From Candidatus Latescibacterota bacterium (lineage in GTDB: Bacteria > Latescibacterota > UBA2968 > UBA8231), in NCBI GenBank assembly GCA_965208105.1, contig OZ242318.1, positions 2,208,001 through 2,272,000 on the forward strand: a stretch of DNA of 64,000 bases, read 5' to 3'. The position numbers were made by a program, and so were the translations under genes. Position 1 is the stretch's first letter; each line of letters starts with the position of its first letter. Shown in pieces: positions 17,687 to 28,591 of this stretch. The notes beneath the pieces were generated by a model. It was given only the letters and a program-made list of their open reading frames with translations, did no database searches and was not told the DNA's origin.

Positions 17687-20302
17687 ATGCCCGCTGCCAA
17701 GCTCACTCCCGCGATGGAACAGTACAGGCGCTTCAAGCGCCAGCACGAGGACGCCATACTGTTCTTTCGCATGGGAGATTTCTACGAGATGTTCTACGAC
17801 GACGCCAGGGAGGCCTCCCGTCTGCTCGGCCTCACCCTGACCGCCCGCAACCACGGCAAGAGTGCGGGCGAGGTGCCTCTGGCGGGGGTGCCTTACCACG
17901 CCGTGGAAACCTATCTGGCCAAGCTGATCCAGATGGGCCGCAAGGTGGCCATATGCGAGCAGGTGGAAGATCCGAAGAAGGCCAGGGGCGTGGTCAAGCG
18001 CGACGTGGTCGAGGTGGTCTCACCGGGAACGGCTCTTTCCGACTCCATGCTCGATCGGCAGTGCAACAATTTCCTGGTCGGTCTCTACCCCCATCGGGGT
18101 GAGGTGGGTCTTGCCGTCATCGACCTGTCCACCGGCGACTTCACCCTCAACGAAATCAGCTCCTCCCGGCTGCCGGACGAACTCGAGGCAGTGGCCCCGG
18201 CGGAGCTGCTCATCAGCGACGGCGCCGACGAGCACTGGGTCAAGGAGCTCCGCGGGCTCCTGTCCAAGGTGGCGATCAGCCGCATTGAAGAATGGCAGTT
18301 CGAGTACCACTCTGCCTACGAGACCCTGATCGAGCAGTTCAAGGTGCAGTCGCTCAAAGGTTTCGACTGCGACGACCTGGAGTTGGCCATTCGCGCCGCC
18401 GCCGCCGTGGTGAACTATCTGCGCGAAAACCAGCGCGGCGGCATCGACCACATCAACCGGCTGGTGCGCAAGCGCAGTAACGAGTTCATGATGCTCGACG
18501 CCACCGCCCAGCGCAACCTCGAATTGCTGCACAATCAGCAGGACGGCTCCAGGACAGGTACACTGCTGGAGGTCCTGGACCGCACGCTGACCCCCATGGG
18601 CGCGCGCCTGCTGCGCCGGTGGATCCTCGCTCCCCTCAGGGACCCGGGGGCCGTCGGCCGGCGTCTGGACGCGGTGGCCGCGCTGCGGGGCGCCGGCGCA
18701 GCGCGCGACATCCTCGGCCGGATCGGCGACCTGGAGCGGATCATGGCGCGGGTCTGCTGCCATCGGGCCAATGCCCGCGACCTCGCCGGCCTCGCCCGCT
18801 TCCTCGACACCGCGCCCTCCCTGCGCCGGGAGCTGCAGACTGCGCGCAGCGCCCTGCTCGAGGAGTTGCGCGCCGAAGGGCTGCCCGAAGTCGGCGAGCT
18901 CGTGGAGCTGATCCGCCGGGCCCTGGTCCCCGACCCTCCCGCCACCCTGACCGATGGCGGGCTGATCCAGGACGGATACAACGAGGAGCTGGACGAGTTG
19001 CGCCGCACCAGCAAGGGCGGCAAGGACTGGATCGCCCGGCGCCAGGCCCACGAGCGCAATCGCACCGGCATCGCCTCGCTCAAGATCGGCTACAACCAGG
19101 TCTTCGGCTACTATATCGAGGTCAGCAAGGCGAATCTCGACCGCGTGCCCGACGACTTCATCCGCAAGCAGACTCTGGCCAATGCCGAACGCTACATCAC
19201 CCCGGAGCTGAAGGAATACGAGGCCAGGGTTCTGGGCGCCGAAGAGCGCATCAAGGAGCTCGAGGGCCGGCTCTTTCTCGAACTGCGTTCCCGCACCGCG
19301 GGGTGGACCGCACAGGTGCAGCGGATCGCCCGCACCGTAGCGCAGGTGGACGTTCTGGCGGCCCTGGCCGAGGTGGCGCAGGGCGAGAACTACGTGCGCC
19401 CCGAGGTCGACGACAGCACCGTGGTCGACATCGAGGCCGGTCGCCATCCGGTTGTCGAGCGCATGCTCCAGGAGGGACGCTTCGTACCCAACGATATGCA
19501 CCTGGATTCCGCCGAGGACCAGATCCTCCTGATCACGGGCCCGAATATGGCGGGCAAGAGCACCATCATCCGCCAGGTGGGCCTGATCGTTCTCCTGGCC
19601 CAGATGGGCAGCTTTGTTCCCGCTGGCCGTGCCCGCATAGGCGCCGTGGACCGGATCTTCACCCGCGTGGGCGCTTCCGACGACCTGGCTCGGGGCGAGA
19701 GCACCTTCATGGTGGAGATGAACGAGGCATCCAGCATACTCAACAACGTCACCTCTCGCAGCCTCATCCTCATGGACGAACTGGGGCGCGGTACCAGCAC
19801 TTTCGATGGTCTCAGTATTGCCTGGGCCATCGTCGAATTCCTCCACGAGCGCGACGGCGCCCGGCCGCGCACCCTTTTCGCGACCCACTACCATGAGCTC
19901 ACCGAACTCGAGGGGGTCCTGGCGCGCACGAAGAACTACAACGTGGCGGTGCGCGAAGAGGGCGACCACGTGGTTTTCCTGCATCGCCTGATCCCGGGTC
20001 CCTGCGACCGCAGTTACGGCATCAACGTCGCCCAGATGGCCGGCATGCCCGCAGCGGTCGTGGCGCGCGCGGGCGAGATTCTCCGGCGCCTGGAAGGGGG
20101 ACAAATCGACACCGGGCATCTCCTCGGCTCCGACCGCCAGGTTGAGGTCGAGGAGCAGATGCACCTATTCAGCCCTCCACAAGAACCACCCCGCGCACCT
20201 TTCGAAGAAGAACTGGCCCAGCTCGACCTGAGCCGGACCACGCCCCTGGAGGCGCTGGTCAAGCTGACCGAATGGAAAGACAGACTGGGCGGCGAGCGCT
20301 AG
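17687..20302 (+). CDS. mutS: DNA mismatch repair protein MutS
   Basis: [36 protein letters not shown]. Confidence 0.97.
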   Translation: MPAAKLTPAMEQYRRFKRQHEDAILFFRMGDFYEMFYDDAREASRLLGLTLTARNHGKSAGEVPLAGVPYHAVETYLAKLIQMGRKVAICEQVEDPKKARGVVKRDVVEVVSPGTALSDSMLDRQCNNFLVGLYPHRGEVGLAVIDLSTGDFTLNEISSSRLPDELEAVAPAELLISDGADEHWVKELRGLLSKVAISRIEEWQFEYHSAYETLIEQFKVQSLKGFDCDDLELAIRAAAAVVNYLRENQRGGIDHINRLVRKRSNEFMMLDATAQRNLELLHNQQDGSRTGTLLEVLDRTLTPMGARLLRRWILAPLRDPGAVGRRLDAVAALRGAGAARDILGRIGDLERIMARVCCHRANARDLAGLARFLDTAPSLRRELQTARSALLEELRAEGLPEVGELVELIRRALVPDPPATLTDGGLIQDGYNEELDELRRTSKGGKDWIARRQAHERNRTGIASLKIGYNQVFGYYIEVSKANLDRVPDDFIRKQTLANAERYITPELKEYEARVLGAEERIKELEGRLFLELRSRTAGWTAQVQRIARTVAQVDVLAALAEVAQGENYVRPEVDDSTVVDIEAGRHPVVERMLQEGRFVPNDMHLDSAEDQILLITGPNMAGKSTIIRQVGLIVLLAQMGSFVPAGRARIGAVDRIFTRVGASDDLARGESTFMVEMNEASSILNNVTSRSLILMDELGRGTSTFDGLSIAWAIVEFLHERDGARPRTLFATHYHELTELEGVLARTKNYNVAVREEGDHVVFLHRLIPGPCDRSYGINVAQMAGMPAAVVARAGEILRRLEGGQIDTGHLLGSDRQVEVEEQMHLFSPPQEPPRAPFEEELAQLDLSRTTPLEALVKLTEWKDRLGGER

Positions 20303-20466
20303 TGTCCCGCCGCAGAGACAGGTTGACGAAATTGGGCCGCCGAGGCGCCCGGCTCACAAGGCGCCTGAGCGAGTCGTACCAGTGGTGTGCGGCGAGTGAA
20401 GGCAACGCCGTGAGCCGGGATGGATCGGCGGAAAAATGGCGACATATTTCTGCGGCGGGACACTAG
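20299..20466. mobile_element. MITE copy 1 (complete; IS630-like ends)
   Basis: Perfect 18-bp terminal IR CTAGTGTCCCGCCGCAGA / TCTGCGGCGGGACACTAG, internal hairpin, near-identical copies at 25384 and 38280; overlaps the mutS TAG. Confidence 0.88.
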
Positions 20467-20481
20467 TTCGGGACCGCCTCG

Positions 20482-21240
20482 ATGAGCAAGGAAAGTAACA
20501 GCGCCGAGGTAATCTTCGGACGTCACCCGGTCCTGCAGGCCCTCCAGGCAGGGCGCCCGGTGGAGCGTCTCGTCATCGCCAAAGGCGCGCACGGAGCGGC
20601 CATCGAAGAGGTCTTTTCCCAGGCCCGCCTCCGCCGCATTCCCTATGACCTGAGGGAGCGGTCGATCCTGGACCGCAGCGTCGGCACCCGCCACCAGGGA
20701 GTGGTCGCCTACCTGGCCGCCCGGGCATACACTGATTTTGCCGATCTCCTTCCCGCCCTCGACCGGCGCAGTGCCTTCCTTGTCTTTCTCGACCTCATTC
20801 AGGACCCCCACAACCTCGGAGCCATCATCCGCAGCGCCCACGCGGTCCGGGCCGACGGGGTCGTCCTTCAGGAGCGCCGCGCCGCGGGCATGGGCCCCGG
20901 GGCGGTCAAGGCAGCGGCCGGCGCCGCGGAACACATACCCCTCTGCCGCGTCTCCAACCTGAGGCAGGCCCTGCACCAGGCCAGGAAGCACGGCCTGTGG
21001 ATCGTCGGCCTGGAACCCGATGCCGAACAGAGCTTCACCGAGTTCGACTTCACCCAGCCCTGCGCCCTGGTCATCGGCGGCGAAGCCCGGGGACTGCGGC
21101 GACTGGTTGGGGAAACCTGCGACGCCCGCGTGTGCATTCCCATGGGCCGGCGCGAAGTGGGCTCCTTCAACGCCTCGGTGGCGGCCGGACTCGTCCTCTA
21201 CGAGGTATTCCGCCAGCGCAGCGCCGGCGGCGGGTCCTGA
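20482..21240 (+). CDS. rlmB: 23S rRNA (G2251-2'-O)-methyltransferase
   Basis: IFGRHPV, HQGVVA, DPHNLGAIIRSA, SFNASVA. Confidence 0.93.
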   Translation: MSKESNSAEVIFGRHPVLQALQAGRPVERLVIAKGAHGAAIEEVFSQARLRRIPYDLRERSILDRSVGTRHQGVVAYLAARAYTDFADLLPALDRRSAFLVFLDLIQDPHNLGAIIRSAHAVRADGVVLQERRAAGMGPGAVKAAAGAAEHIPLCRVSNLRQALHQARKHGLWIVGLEPDAEQSFTEFDFTQPCALVIGGEARGLRRLVGETCDARVCIPMGRREVGSFNASVAAGLVLYEVFRQRSAGGGS

Positions 21241-21241
21241 T

Positions 21242-23707
21242 ATGCTCCCTGTTGCCTTCACCATCGTCGTCCTCGCGCTCCTCGCCTTCGCCCCCGCGGG
21301 CCGGCTCCACGCCGAGACCTCTGCGGCGGACAGCTCCGCAGCCGGCCTGACCGCCGCCCGCGACCTGCTGGGTTCGATGCATGCCCGCGACGGCAAAACA
21401 GGCTTCCAATATACCGCGGATTCCTTTCTGGGCGATGTCCGCGGCGACTCCATTCTCCTGCGGGGAAACGCGGTGGTGACCCACCAGGGGGTGGTGCTCG
21501 AAGCCGGTCACATGGTCTACGCCCGCAAGGCTGGCATGGTCACCGCGCGCGGGCTCGTGGACAGCAATGGAGCAGCGGTGGGAGAACCGTTGCTCAAGCG
21601 CGGCTCCGAGACCCTGCGGGGGACCCACATCTGCTACGACACGAGGAGCGAAGAGGCCTTCATACGGGAGGGCATCATCCGCCGCGACAAGGGGATTTAC
21701 AGGGGCGAGGGTATACGCACCCTTTCCGCCGGGGAATTCCACATAACCCGGGGGTCCTACACCACCTGCGACTATTCCAGTCCGCACTTCGACTTCTACA
21801 GTCCGCGCATCAAGGTCCTGGTGGACGATATGGCCATTGCCCGGCCGGTCTACGTCCGCATCAAGGGCAGGCGGGTGATGTGGATTCCCTTCTACATCTT
21901 CTCGCTGCGCCAGGACCGCCAGTCCGGAATCCTGACTCCCAGCTTCGGGCGACGGCCCGTCAGCTTCGGCAGCCCCCAACGCGAGTGGGAGCTGCGCAAT
22001 CTGGGTTACTACATCGCCCCGAACGATTACTGGGACCTCCTCCTTGCCGCCGACTGGCGCCAGCGCTCGGGCTGGCTGGCCCGGGTCAAATCGGCATATG
22101 CCCGGCGCTATCTCCTGAACGGCCAGGTCGAGACGCGGCTGCAAAGGCATCAGAGTGGAGGGACCGGCCGTCTGAACTGGTGGGCGAGCGTAAACCACAA
22201 CCAGGAGTTGGGGGAAAGCATGGGGCTGCGCGCTTCGGGAACTTTTCAGAGCAACAAGAACTTCCACCGCGACAACAGCGCCAGCCTGCGCGACCGCCTC
22301 AACCGCACCCTGCGCTCCAACTTCAGCTTCAACAAGCGCTGGCGCCGATCGGGCAACAGCCTGAGCATAAACGCGAGGCACACCAGGAACCTGGATTCCG
22401 AGCGCTCCGACCGGGTCCTTCCCGAGGTGAGCTTTCGCAAGTCGCGCAAGCCGCTGTGGGGCAGCGCAGGCGCCAGGGGCGGCAATTCCGCCGATCAGCC
22501 CTGGTACAGCCGGATCTACTACGACGGCTCCACGCGCCTGCGCAACATCCGCCGAAGCACCGCAACGGACACCACCACCCGGACCAGCGCCAACGCCAAT
22601 CTGAATCTCGGCTCGCAGCACGCACCCCTCACCTGGCTGCACTTCACCCCGCGCCTGGCCACGACCTGGAGGAACGACGACCTGCGCTCTTCGAGCGGGT
22701 CAGTCACGGGCGTGCGCAGCGACCGCCTCGACGCCAGCCTCAGAGTCACCCAGACCTTCTACGGCATGTTCCACCCTCAAATCGGCGCCGTAACCGCCTT
22801 TCGCCACGTGTTCAGGCCCAGCCTGTCCATGCGCTACCAGGCCACCCATACCGATGCCGGTGGCGTTCCGGTCACGGGGGGCGGCGGCAGGTGGAGACAG
22901 AACCGTCCGATCAACATCAATCTGGACAACACCTTCTGGGTCAAGCTACAGGAGGGGGAGGAGGAATCCAAGCTGCGCCTGGCCCAACTGAACTTCTCGA
23001 CCTCCTACGACGTCGACCGCAAAGACCGCCCTCTCTCCGACCTGCAGTCCACACTCGGCATAGCGGCCAGGCGCTACCTGGACTCCCGGCTGACCCTGCG
23101 CGCGGGATTCTACGGCGACGACGGCAAACTGCGACTGCTGGCGCCGCGCCTCAGTCGATTCGAGGTCAGAACCAGTGTGCGCCTTTTCGAACGCCGCTCT
23201 CCGGAGCCGGCATCGGGTACTTACGGACGCGGCTCCTCGAGCCTGGCATCCGGTGCTTACGGACGCGGCTCCTCGAGCCTGGCCTCCGCGCCATACCAGC
23301 GCGGTATGGCGGCGCAGACCTTCGGCTACGAGAGTGGCCTGCAGCGCGACATCCGGCCCCTGGACCGGGGCCGGCGGCTGCAGGTAAGCCACTACTACTC
23401 GCGCTCGCGCAGCGCCTGGAGTTCGTTCACCCGGTCCTGGTTGCGCGCCGCGGTGGGATGGAGTCTGCGCCGCCACTGGAACCTCAACTACTCCCTCAAC
23501 TACAATCTCAGCCTCGAGGGAGAAGCGCTTTTATCCTCGGGGCGCATTACCTCCGAGCTGCTTTCGGTGCAGCGCCAGTTCCACGACTGGACCGCTACAC
23601 TCAACATTGAGCCGAGCCACTTCCATCGCGGCCGCACCTTCTACTTCAAGGCCCAACTCACGGACATCCCCCAGATAAAGTTCGAGCGCGGCGACCGCCG
23701 CCTGTAA
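21242..23707 (+). CDS. lptD: LPS assembly protein LptD-like outer membrane protein
   Basis: Signal peptide, OstA-like N-terminus, YTTCD motif, RQSGILTPSFG, beta-barrel C-terminus. Confidence 0.8.
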   Translation: MLPVAFTIVVLALLAFAPAGRLHAETSAADSSAAGLTAARDLLGSMHARDGKTGFQYTADSFLGDVRGDSILLRGNAVVTHQGVVLEAGHMVYARKAGMVTARGLVDSNGAAVGEPLLKRGSETLRGTHICYDTRSEEAFIREGIIRRDKGIYRGEGIRTLSAGEFHITRGSYTTCDYSSPHFDFYSPRIKVLVDDMAIARPVYVRIKGRRVMWIPFYIFSLRQDRQSGILTPSFGRRPVSFGSPQREWELRNLGYYIAPNDYWDLLLAADWRQRSGWLARVKSAYARRYLLNGQVETRLQRHQSGGTGRLNWWASVNHNQELGESMGLRASGTFQSNKNFHRDNSASLRDRLNRTLRSNFSFNKRWRRSGNSLSINARHTRNLDSERSDRVLPEVSFRKSRKPLWGSAGARGGNSADQPWYSRIYYDGSTRLRNIRRSTATDTTTRTSANANLNLGSQHAPLTWLHFTPRLATTWRNDDLRSSSGSVTGVRSDRLDASLRVTQTFYGMFHPQIGAVTAFRHVFRPSLSMRYQATHTDAGGVPVTGGGGRWRQNRPININLDNTFWVKLQEGEEESKLRLAQLNFSTSYDVDRKDRPLSDLQSTLGIAARRYLDSRLTLRAGFYGDDGKLRLLAPRLSRFEVRTSVRLFERRSPEPASGTYGRGSSSLASGAYGRGSSSLASAPYQRGMAAQTFGYESGLQRDIRPLDRGRRLQVSHYYSRSRSAWSSFTRSWLRAAVGWSLRRHWNLNYSLNYNLSLEGEALLSSGRITSELLSVQRQFHDWTATLNIEPSHFHRGRTFYFKAQLTDIPQIKFERGDRRL
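23209..23287 (+). repeat. 36-bp in-frame tandem duplication in lptD
   Basis: Encodes ASGTYGRGSSSL-ASGAYGRGSSSL-AS. Confidence 0.9.
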
Positions 23708-23955
23708 ACCGGGCTGCAGGCGGTGTCCAGGTCCCTGCCGACGGGTTGACAGCGCAGGGTTCACCATATTGCTTTCTAACACGACGTCGCCAGCAGATCT
23801 TCAGCCTCGTCCGCAAAGAGGTATCCGCGGCGTCCCTTCTCCAGGCAATGGGCGCAACCCTGGGGCATTTCCGCTGACTCCCGGCAAAAACAGGGACCGG
23901 ATTTGATGCCGGGGTTCGAAACTCCTTATCTTGCCATAACCGGGGAGCTGCCGCC

Positions 23956-24738
23956 GTGACGAAATATCTTTCACCCGCACAGATGGAACGCTGGTCCGAG
24001 GATGGCTTCCTCAAGGTGAAAGGCTTTTTGTCGGAGGCCGAAACGGCCAGCCTGCGCAGTTGGGTGGCCGACATTGAAGAGGCGGATGCACAATCCACCG
24101 GGATCATGCACCACTTCGAAAGGACCGCGGAGGGGATCAGACCTTCCCGGACCGAGAATTTCCTGCCCAGTCACCGCGGACTCAATGACCTCCTGACCCG
24201 GGGGAAAATCCTGTCCCTGGTATCGGAGTTGATGGGTGAGACCGCGGTCGTCTACAAGGAAAAGATCAACTACAAGTATCCGGGCGGCGGTGGCTATATC
24301 GCCCATCAGGACGCGCCCGCCTACGAATTCATCAGCTTCCACGTGACCTGTCTCATTGCCGTCGACGCGGCCACCGTGGAGAGTGGTTGCCTCTCCTTCT
24401 CGCCGGGCCTTCACCGCCAGGGACTGATCGCGCTGGACGAACGCGGCTGTATCGAACCGCAGGCCGCGGCGCGGATGGAGTGGGTTCCGGTGGAAAAGGT
24501 GCCCGGCGACGTTCTGTGCTTCAGTTCCTACGTCCCTCACAAGAGCGGAGGCAACCACTCGGACCAACCGCGGAGAATCATCTACGTGACCTACAATGCG
24601 CTTTCCTCCGGCGATTTTCGCGAGCAGTACTACGCCGACAAGCGCAGGACCTTCGCCGATCATGCCAGGGAAGGTCCTGAAAAAGGAGAATTGATCAGTA
24701 AAATCGGCCACTTCCAGGGAAGGACGGTGTTGAAATGA
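23956..24738 (+). CDS. PhyH-family Fe(II)/2-oxoglutarate dioxygenase, PhnY-like
   Basis: KEKINYKYPGGGGYIAHQD (HxD), distal H in VPHKS, R in PRR; coupled to an HD gene. Confidence 0.85.
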   Translation: MTKYLSPAQMERWSEDGFLKVKGFLSEAETASLRSWVADIEEADAQSTGIMHHFERTAEGIRPSRTENFLPSHRGLNDLLTRGKILSLVSELMGETAVVYKEKINYKYPGGGGYIAHQDAPAYEFISFHVTCLIAVDAATVESGCLSFSPGLHRQGLIALDERGCIEPQAAARMEWVPVEKVPGDVLCFSSYVPHKSGGNHSDQPRRIIYVTYNALSSGDFREQYYADKRRTFADHAREGPEKGELISKIGHFQGRTVLK

Positions 24739-25334
24739 AGAAAAGTGTAGACGCGAGCCTCGCTGCCAGATTGGCTGAAGGGAGCCCCTCCCAGAAGGTG
24801 GACGCCTTGTTCGCCTACATGGAAGAGAAGGGACAGTCGAACTACGACGAAGTCGTAACACAGATGGAGCACGCCCTGCAGTGCGCCAACCAGGCCAGGC
24901 TGGCCGGCTCCGACCAGATCCAGGTGGCCTCCGCCCTGCTCCACGACCTGGGCCACTTTCTGATCGACGAGCACAACAAGGAGGTGGATTTCCTCGCCGA
25001 CGACTTCTTCCACGAAGAGGTGGGAGCCGAATACCTGGAGCCGTTCTTCATCGAGGCCGTAACCGAGCCGATGAAGCTGCACGTTCCCGCCAAGCGCTAT
25101 ATCTGCAGCACCGAGGCCGCCTATTACGACAGCCTGTCCCTGGCATCCAAGCGCAGTTTCAAGCTGCAGGGAGGTTTCATGTCCGACGAGGAAAAGAGGG
25201 GATTCGAGCAAAATCCCTATTACCGGCAGGCGGTGCAACTGAGGAAGTGGGACGATTTGGCCAAGGTTCGGGGTCTCGAGACCGCGGGGCTGGAAAGTTA
25301 TCGCCAGGATGTCGAGAGTTGCTTGAAACCATGA
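24735..25334 (+). CDS. HD-domain diiron oxygenase, PhnZ/TmpB-like
   Basis: TQMEHALQCA, LLHDLGH, HEEVGA, HVPAKRY, LQGG, RKWDDLAK; ATGA overlap. Confidence 0.88.
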   Translation: MKKSVDASLAARLAEGSPSQKVDALFAYMEEKGQSNYDEVVTQMEHALQCANQARLAGSDQIQVASALLHDLGHFLIDEHNKEVDFLADDFFHEEVGAEYLEPFFIEAVTEPMKLHVPAKRYICSTEAAYYDSLSLASKRSFKLQGGFMSDEEKRGFEQNPYYRQAVQLRKWDDLAKVRGLETAGLESYRQDVESCLKP

Positions 25335-25383
25335 GACGCCGGAACTGCCCATTTCCCGTAGGGGCGCTCACCCGAGGATCCAC

Positions 25384-25520
25384 CTGGTGTCCCGTCGCAG
25401 AGACAGGTTGACGAAATTGGGCCGCCGAGGCGCCCGGCTCACCAGGCGCCTGAGCGGGTCGTACCAGTGGTGTACGGCGAGTGAAGGCAAGGCCGTGAGC
25501 CGGGATGGATCGGCGGAAAA
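25384..25520. mobile_element. MITE copy 2 (right end missing, CTAG mutated to CTGG)
   Basis: Near-identical to 20299-20435. Confidence 0.85.
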
Positions 25521-25574
25521 TCTGTCAGAATTTTCATCCCACCGGATGCCTCGATCCGGTAGTCCTTCCCCTTC

Positions 25575-26891
25575 TCAGCCGTAGACCAATCTGGGCAGCC
25601 AGAGGGCGATCTCCGGCAGGGTCAGGACCAGCATCAGCCCTGTCAATTGGAGAATGATGAAGGGCCACAGGCCGGCAAAGATGTCCTGGAGGCTGATCTC
25701 GGGGGGCGCCACCCCTTTGAGGTAGAACGCCGCCGGTCCGAACGGAGGCGACAGGTAGGAAACCTGCATGTTCATGCAGAAGAGCACGCCGAACCACACC
25801 GGATCGTAGCCCAGCGCCACGATCACCGGCACGAAGATGGGTACCGTCAGCAACAGAATCCCCACCCAATCCATGAACAGGCCCATCACGATCAGAATAC
25901 CCATCATGACGAGGATGAGGACGATGGGAGCGACCTCCAGACCGGTGACCACCGACCTCACGAACATGGTCCCCCCCAGCAGATTGTAGACCCCGATCAG
26001 GGCCGTGGCACCGAAGGTGAGCCAGAGCAGCATGCCGCAGGTGTTCATCGTCTGCAGCACCGACTCCCTCACCACCTTCCAGCTCAGCTCCCGGCGCAGC
26101 AGCGCCGCGGCCAGGGTGCCAACCACCCCCATGCCCGCCGCCTCGCTGACCGAGGCGATGCCGGAGTAGATGCTGCCCAGCACCGACGCGGCCACCATGA
26201 GGGGGAGGACGAGATTCTTGAACAGGGCCAGTTTCTGGCCGAAGGACATGCAACGCTCTTCGGGAGGAGCCGGCGGTCCGAGGGCGGGATCGAGGGCGCA
26301 GCGCACCAGGATGTATCCCAGGTAGAGACCCGAGAGCAAGAATCCGGGCAGGATCGTGGCCAGGAAGAGGTCCCCTATGGCGACGTTGGCGGTGAGTCCG
26401 TAGATGATCAGCACGATGCTGGGAGGAATCATGGTCCCCAGTGACCCCCCTGCGCAGATGGTGCCTATGGCGATGTTCTTCTGATAGCCCAGGCGCAGCA
26501 TCTGGGGCAGGGCGATCATCCCCAGGAGCACGATCTCCCCTCCGATGATGCCTGTCATCGCCGCCATGATAATGGCCGCAAACAGGGTCTGCACCGCCAG
26601 CCCTCCCCTGAGTCCGCCCGCCCACACGTACATGGCCCGGTAGAGTTCCCTGGCCACCCCGGTGCGCTCCATGAGCGACGCCATCAGGATGAACATGGGC
26701 ACGGCCACCAGCACGTACTCGTTCATGAAGCTGTAGATGCGGCTCGCTATGAGCCCCAGCACATTCGGGCCGAACTCGATCAATCCCACCGTCACCGCCA
26801 CCGCGCCGGTGACGAAGGCCAGGGGCAGGCCCATCACCAGGAGCACGGCCATGGCGCAGACGATGACGAGAGTGAGCAGGCCGATATCCAC
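25575..26891 (-). CDS. TRAP transporter large permease (DctM)
   Basis: AVPMFILM, GGSLGTMIPPSI, YLSPPFG. Confidence 0.95.
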   Translation of the reverse strand: MDIGLLTLVIVCAMAVLLVMGLPLAFVTGAVAVTVGLIEFGPNVLGLIASRIYSFMNEYVLVAVPMFILMASLMERTGVARELYRAMYVWAGGLRGGLAVQTLFAAIIMAAMTGIIGGEIVLLGMIALPQMLRLGYQKNIAIGTICAGGSLGTMIPPSIVLIIYGLTANVAIGDLFLATILPGFLLSGLYLGYILVRCALDPALGPPAPPEERCMSFGQKLALFKNLVLPLMVAASVLGSIYSGIASVSEAAGMGVVGTLAAALLRRELSWKVVRESVLQTMNTCGMLLWLTFGATALIGVYNLLGGTMFVRSVVTGLEVAPIVLILVMMGILIVMGLFMDWVGILLLTVPIFVPVIVALGYDPVWFGVLFCMNMQVSYLSPPFGPAAFYLKGVAPPEISLQDIFAGLWPFIILQLTGLMLVLTLPEIALWLPRLVYG

Positions 26892-26903
26892 GCCCGGATC
26901 CCC

Positions 26904-27404
26904 TCAGCTCCGCCCGCCGGCGCTGCGCCGCAGCTGCGCCGCGGCCTGGAGGATCATCAGAACTACGCCGGCGACGAGAAGGGACTTCAAGGTCACGGGT
27001 AGGGGCAGGTTGGAAGCGGTTCCGGTGCGCTCCACCACGGCGATGGCCTTGCCGGCCTGAAGCGCCGCCCCGTATCCAAGGGCGGCCAGGAAATAGATGG
27101 TGAGGACCAGGTTTACCACGTTCAGCCGGCGGCGCACGGACTGCGGCAGGGAGTCGAGGACGAGGCTGATGCGAATGTGATCCTGGCGCTGCAGGGTGTA
27201 GGACCCGGCGATGATGAACGCCGACGCGGTCAGGGCGACGCTCATCTCGTGGACCCAGGTGGTGGGAGCGTTGAAGAAGTAGCGCAGCACAACCTCGTAG
27301 AAGGTGAGCGCCACGGCAACGAGAAAGACGAAACTCGTTTTCTCGCCGAGAACGCGGGTAGTGAGGTCCACCCAGCCATCCTGCGTTTCATTCCTCCCGG
27401 ACAT
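26904..27404 (-). CDS. TRAP transporter small permease (DctQ)
   Basis: YEVVLRYFFNAPTTW, HIRI; four TM segments. Confidence 0.93.
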   Translation of the reverse strand: MSGRNETQDGWVDLTTRVLGEKTSFVFLVAVALTFYEVVLRYFFNAPTTWVHEMSVALTASAFIIAGSYTLQRQDHIRISLVLDSLPQSVRRRLNVVNLVLTIYFLAALGYGAALQAGKAIAVVERTGTASNLPLPVTLKSLLVAGVVLMILQAAAQLRRSAGGRS

Positions 27405-27412
27405 GGCAGGGC

Positions 27413-28465
27413 CTACTCCATCAGACCGAGTTGTCTGAGATAGGCCAAGTGGGAGTCGTAGATGCGCTGGGCCATCTCGCTGCGCCTGGCGAAATCCTCG
27501 AGCACCGCGGCGGCCAAGAGGCGAAAGCGAAGGCGCTCCTTCTTGCTCCAGGTAACCAGTTCCGCCCCTTGCTCCATTGCCTCCTGCGCCGCCCTGGCGT
27601 CGGCCGCGGCCATCTGCTGGATCATCTCCCTGGCGAAGTCCCGCACCGCCATTTCCACGATGGCCTGAATGTCGGCCGGCAACTCGTTCCAGCGATCGGA
27701 GTTCACCGCCACATCCGCCATGGGCAGAGAGTGGAAGCCGGGATAGATCTGGTAGGGCGCGATCTTGTGGTAGCCCAGGTCGACGTTCATGCCCAGGGTA
27801 CCCCAGTCGGTCGCGTCGATGACCCCGCGATCGAGGGATGTGTAGACCTCACTGCCGGGAATATTGACCGGCGCCGCCCCGATCCGCTTGAAAATCTCCT
27901 GGTTGAGGCCCTCCGGAATGCGCAGCTTGACCCCCTTCAGGTCTTCGATGGACAGAAGCGGTTTCTTCGACGGGATCGACTCCATGCCGTGCCACGCAGA
28001 GCCGACGTAGTGGACGTTGAAGCGCCCGTAGAGTTCGCGCGCCAGTTCCCTGCCGCCTCCGTACTCGAACCACATCTGCATCTGGTATGCCGTCTCGTAG
28101 CCGCCGGGAAATTCCGACAGCATGGCGAAGCCGGGGTCCTTGCCGGCAAAGTAGCCGGGACCGCTCTGATGGCCGTCCAGGATTCCCGAGCCGACGGCGT
28201 CCAGGGTCTCGTTATAGGCCACCAGGGTGCCAACCGGCACGGGGTTGATCACCAGCCTTCCCCCGGTAAGCTTCCCGACATCGGTGCAAAACTCCTCGAA
28301 AACCCGGTGGTTGATCGACCCCGCCTGCCAGAGCGACTGCATGGTCCAGCGGTGATCCTGGGCGGTTGCGCGCTGACAGGCCCCGGCCGCGGCCAGGGTC
28401 AGGGCCAGACAGTATATCCAGCGGCGCTGCCGCGCCGGACCTGGCCTCGTTCGATCCCACTGCAT
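27413..28465 (-). CDS. TRAP substrate-binding protein (DctP)
   Basis: Signal peptide, DLKGVKLRIP, EVYTSLDRGVIDA. Confidence 0.93.
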   Translation of the reverse strand: MQWDRTRPGPARQRRWIYCLALTLAAAGACQRATAQDHRWTMQSLWQAGSINHRVFEEFCTDVGKLTGGRLVINPVPVGTLVAYNETLDAVGSGILDGHQSGPGYFAGKDPGFAMLSEFPGGYETAYQMQMWFEYGGGRELARELYGRFNVHYVGSAWHGMESIPSKKPLLSIEDLKGVKLRIPEGLNQEIFKRIGAAPVNIPGSEVYTSLDRGVIDATDWGTLGMNVDLGYHKIAPYQIYPGFHSLPMADVAVNSDRWNELPADIQAIVEMAVRDFAREMIQQMAAADARAAQEAMEQGAELVTWSKKERLRFRLLAAAVLEDFARRSEMAQRIYDSHLAYLRQLGLME

Positions 28466-28591
28466 GGGCAATACGCTCCTGGGTGATATTATTTCAGATT
28501 GAGAACCTTGTCCTGCACCCGGTAGTGGGGAGGATCCCGTCCATTGCCCGCGCGCCCGCGAATCCGGGGTGGAATTCCCCGGGCGAACCTT

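Noticed and set aside
15503-20164. Long antisense ORFs opposite rpsA and mutS (and similar ones at 43005, 48751, 36730)
   Set aside because: Expected from high-GC codon bias opposite real genes; no recognisable motifs.
23740-23955. Riboswitch in the long leader of the PhnY-like gene
   Set aside because: No riboswitch consensus recognised by eye; an Rfam scan would be needed.
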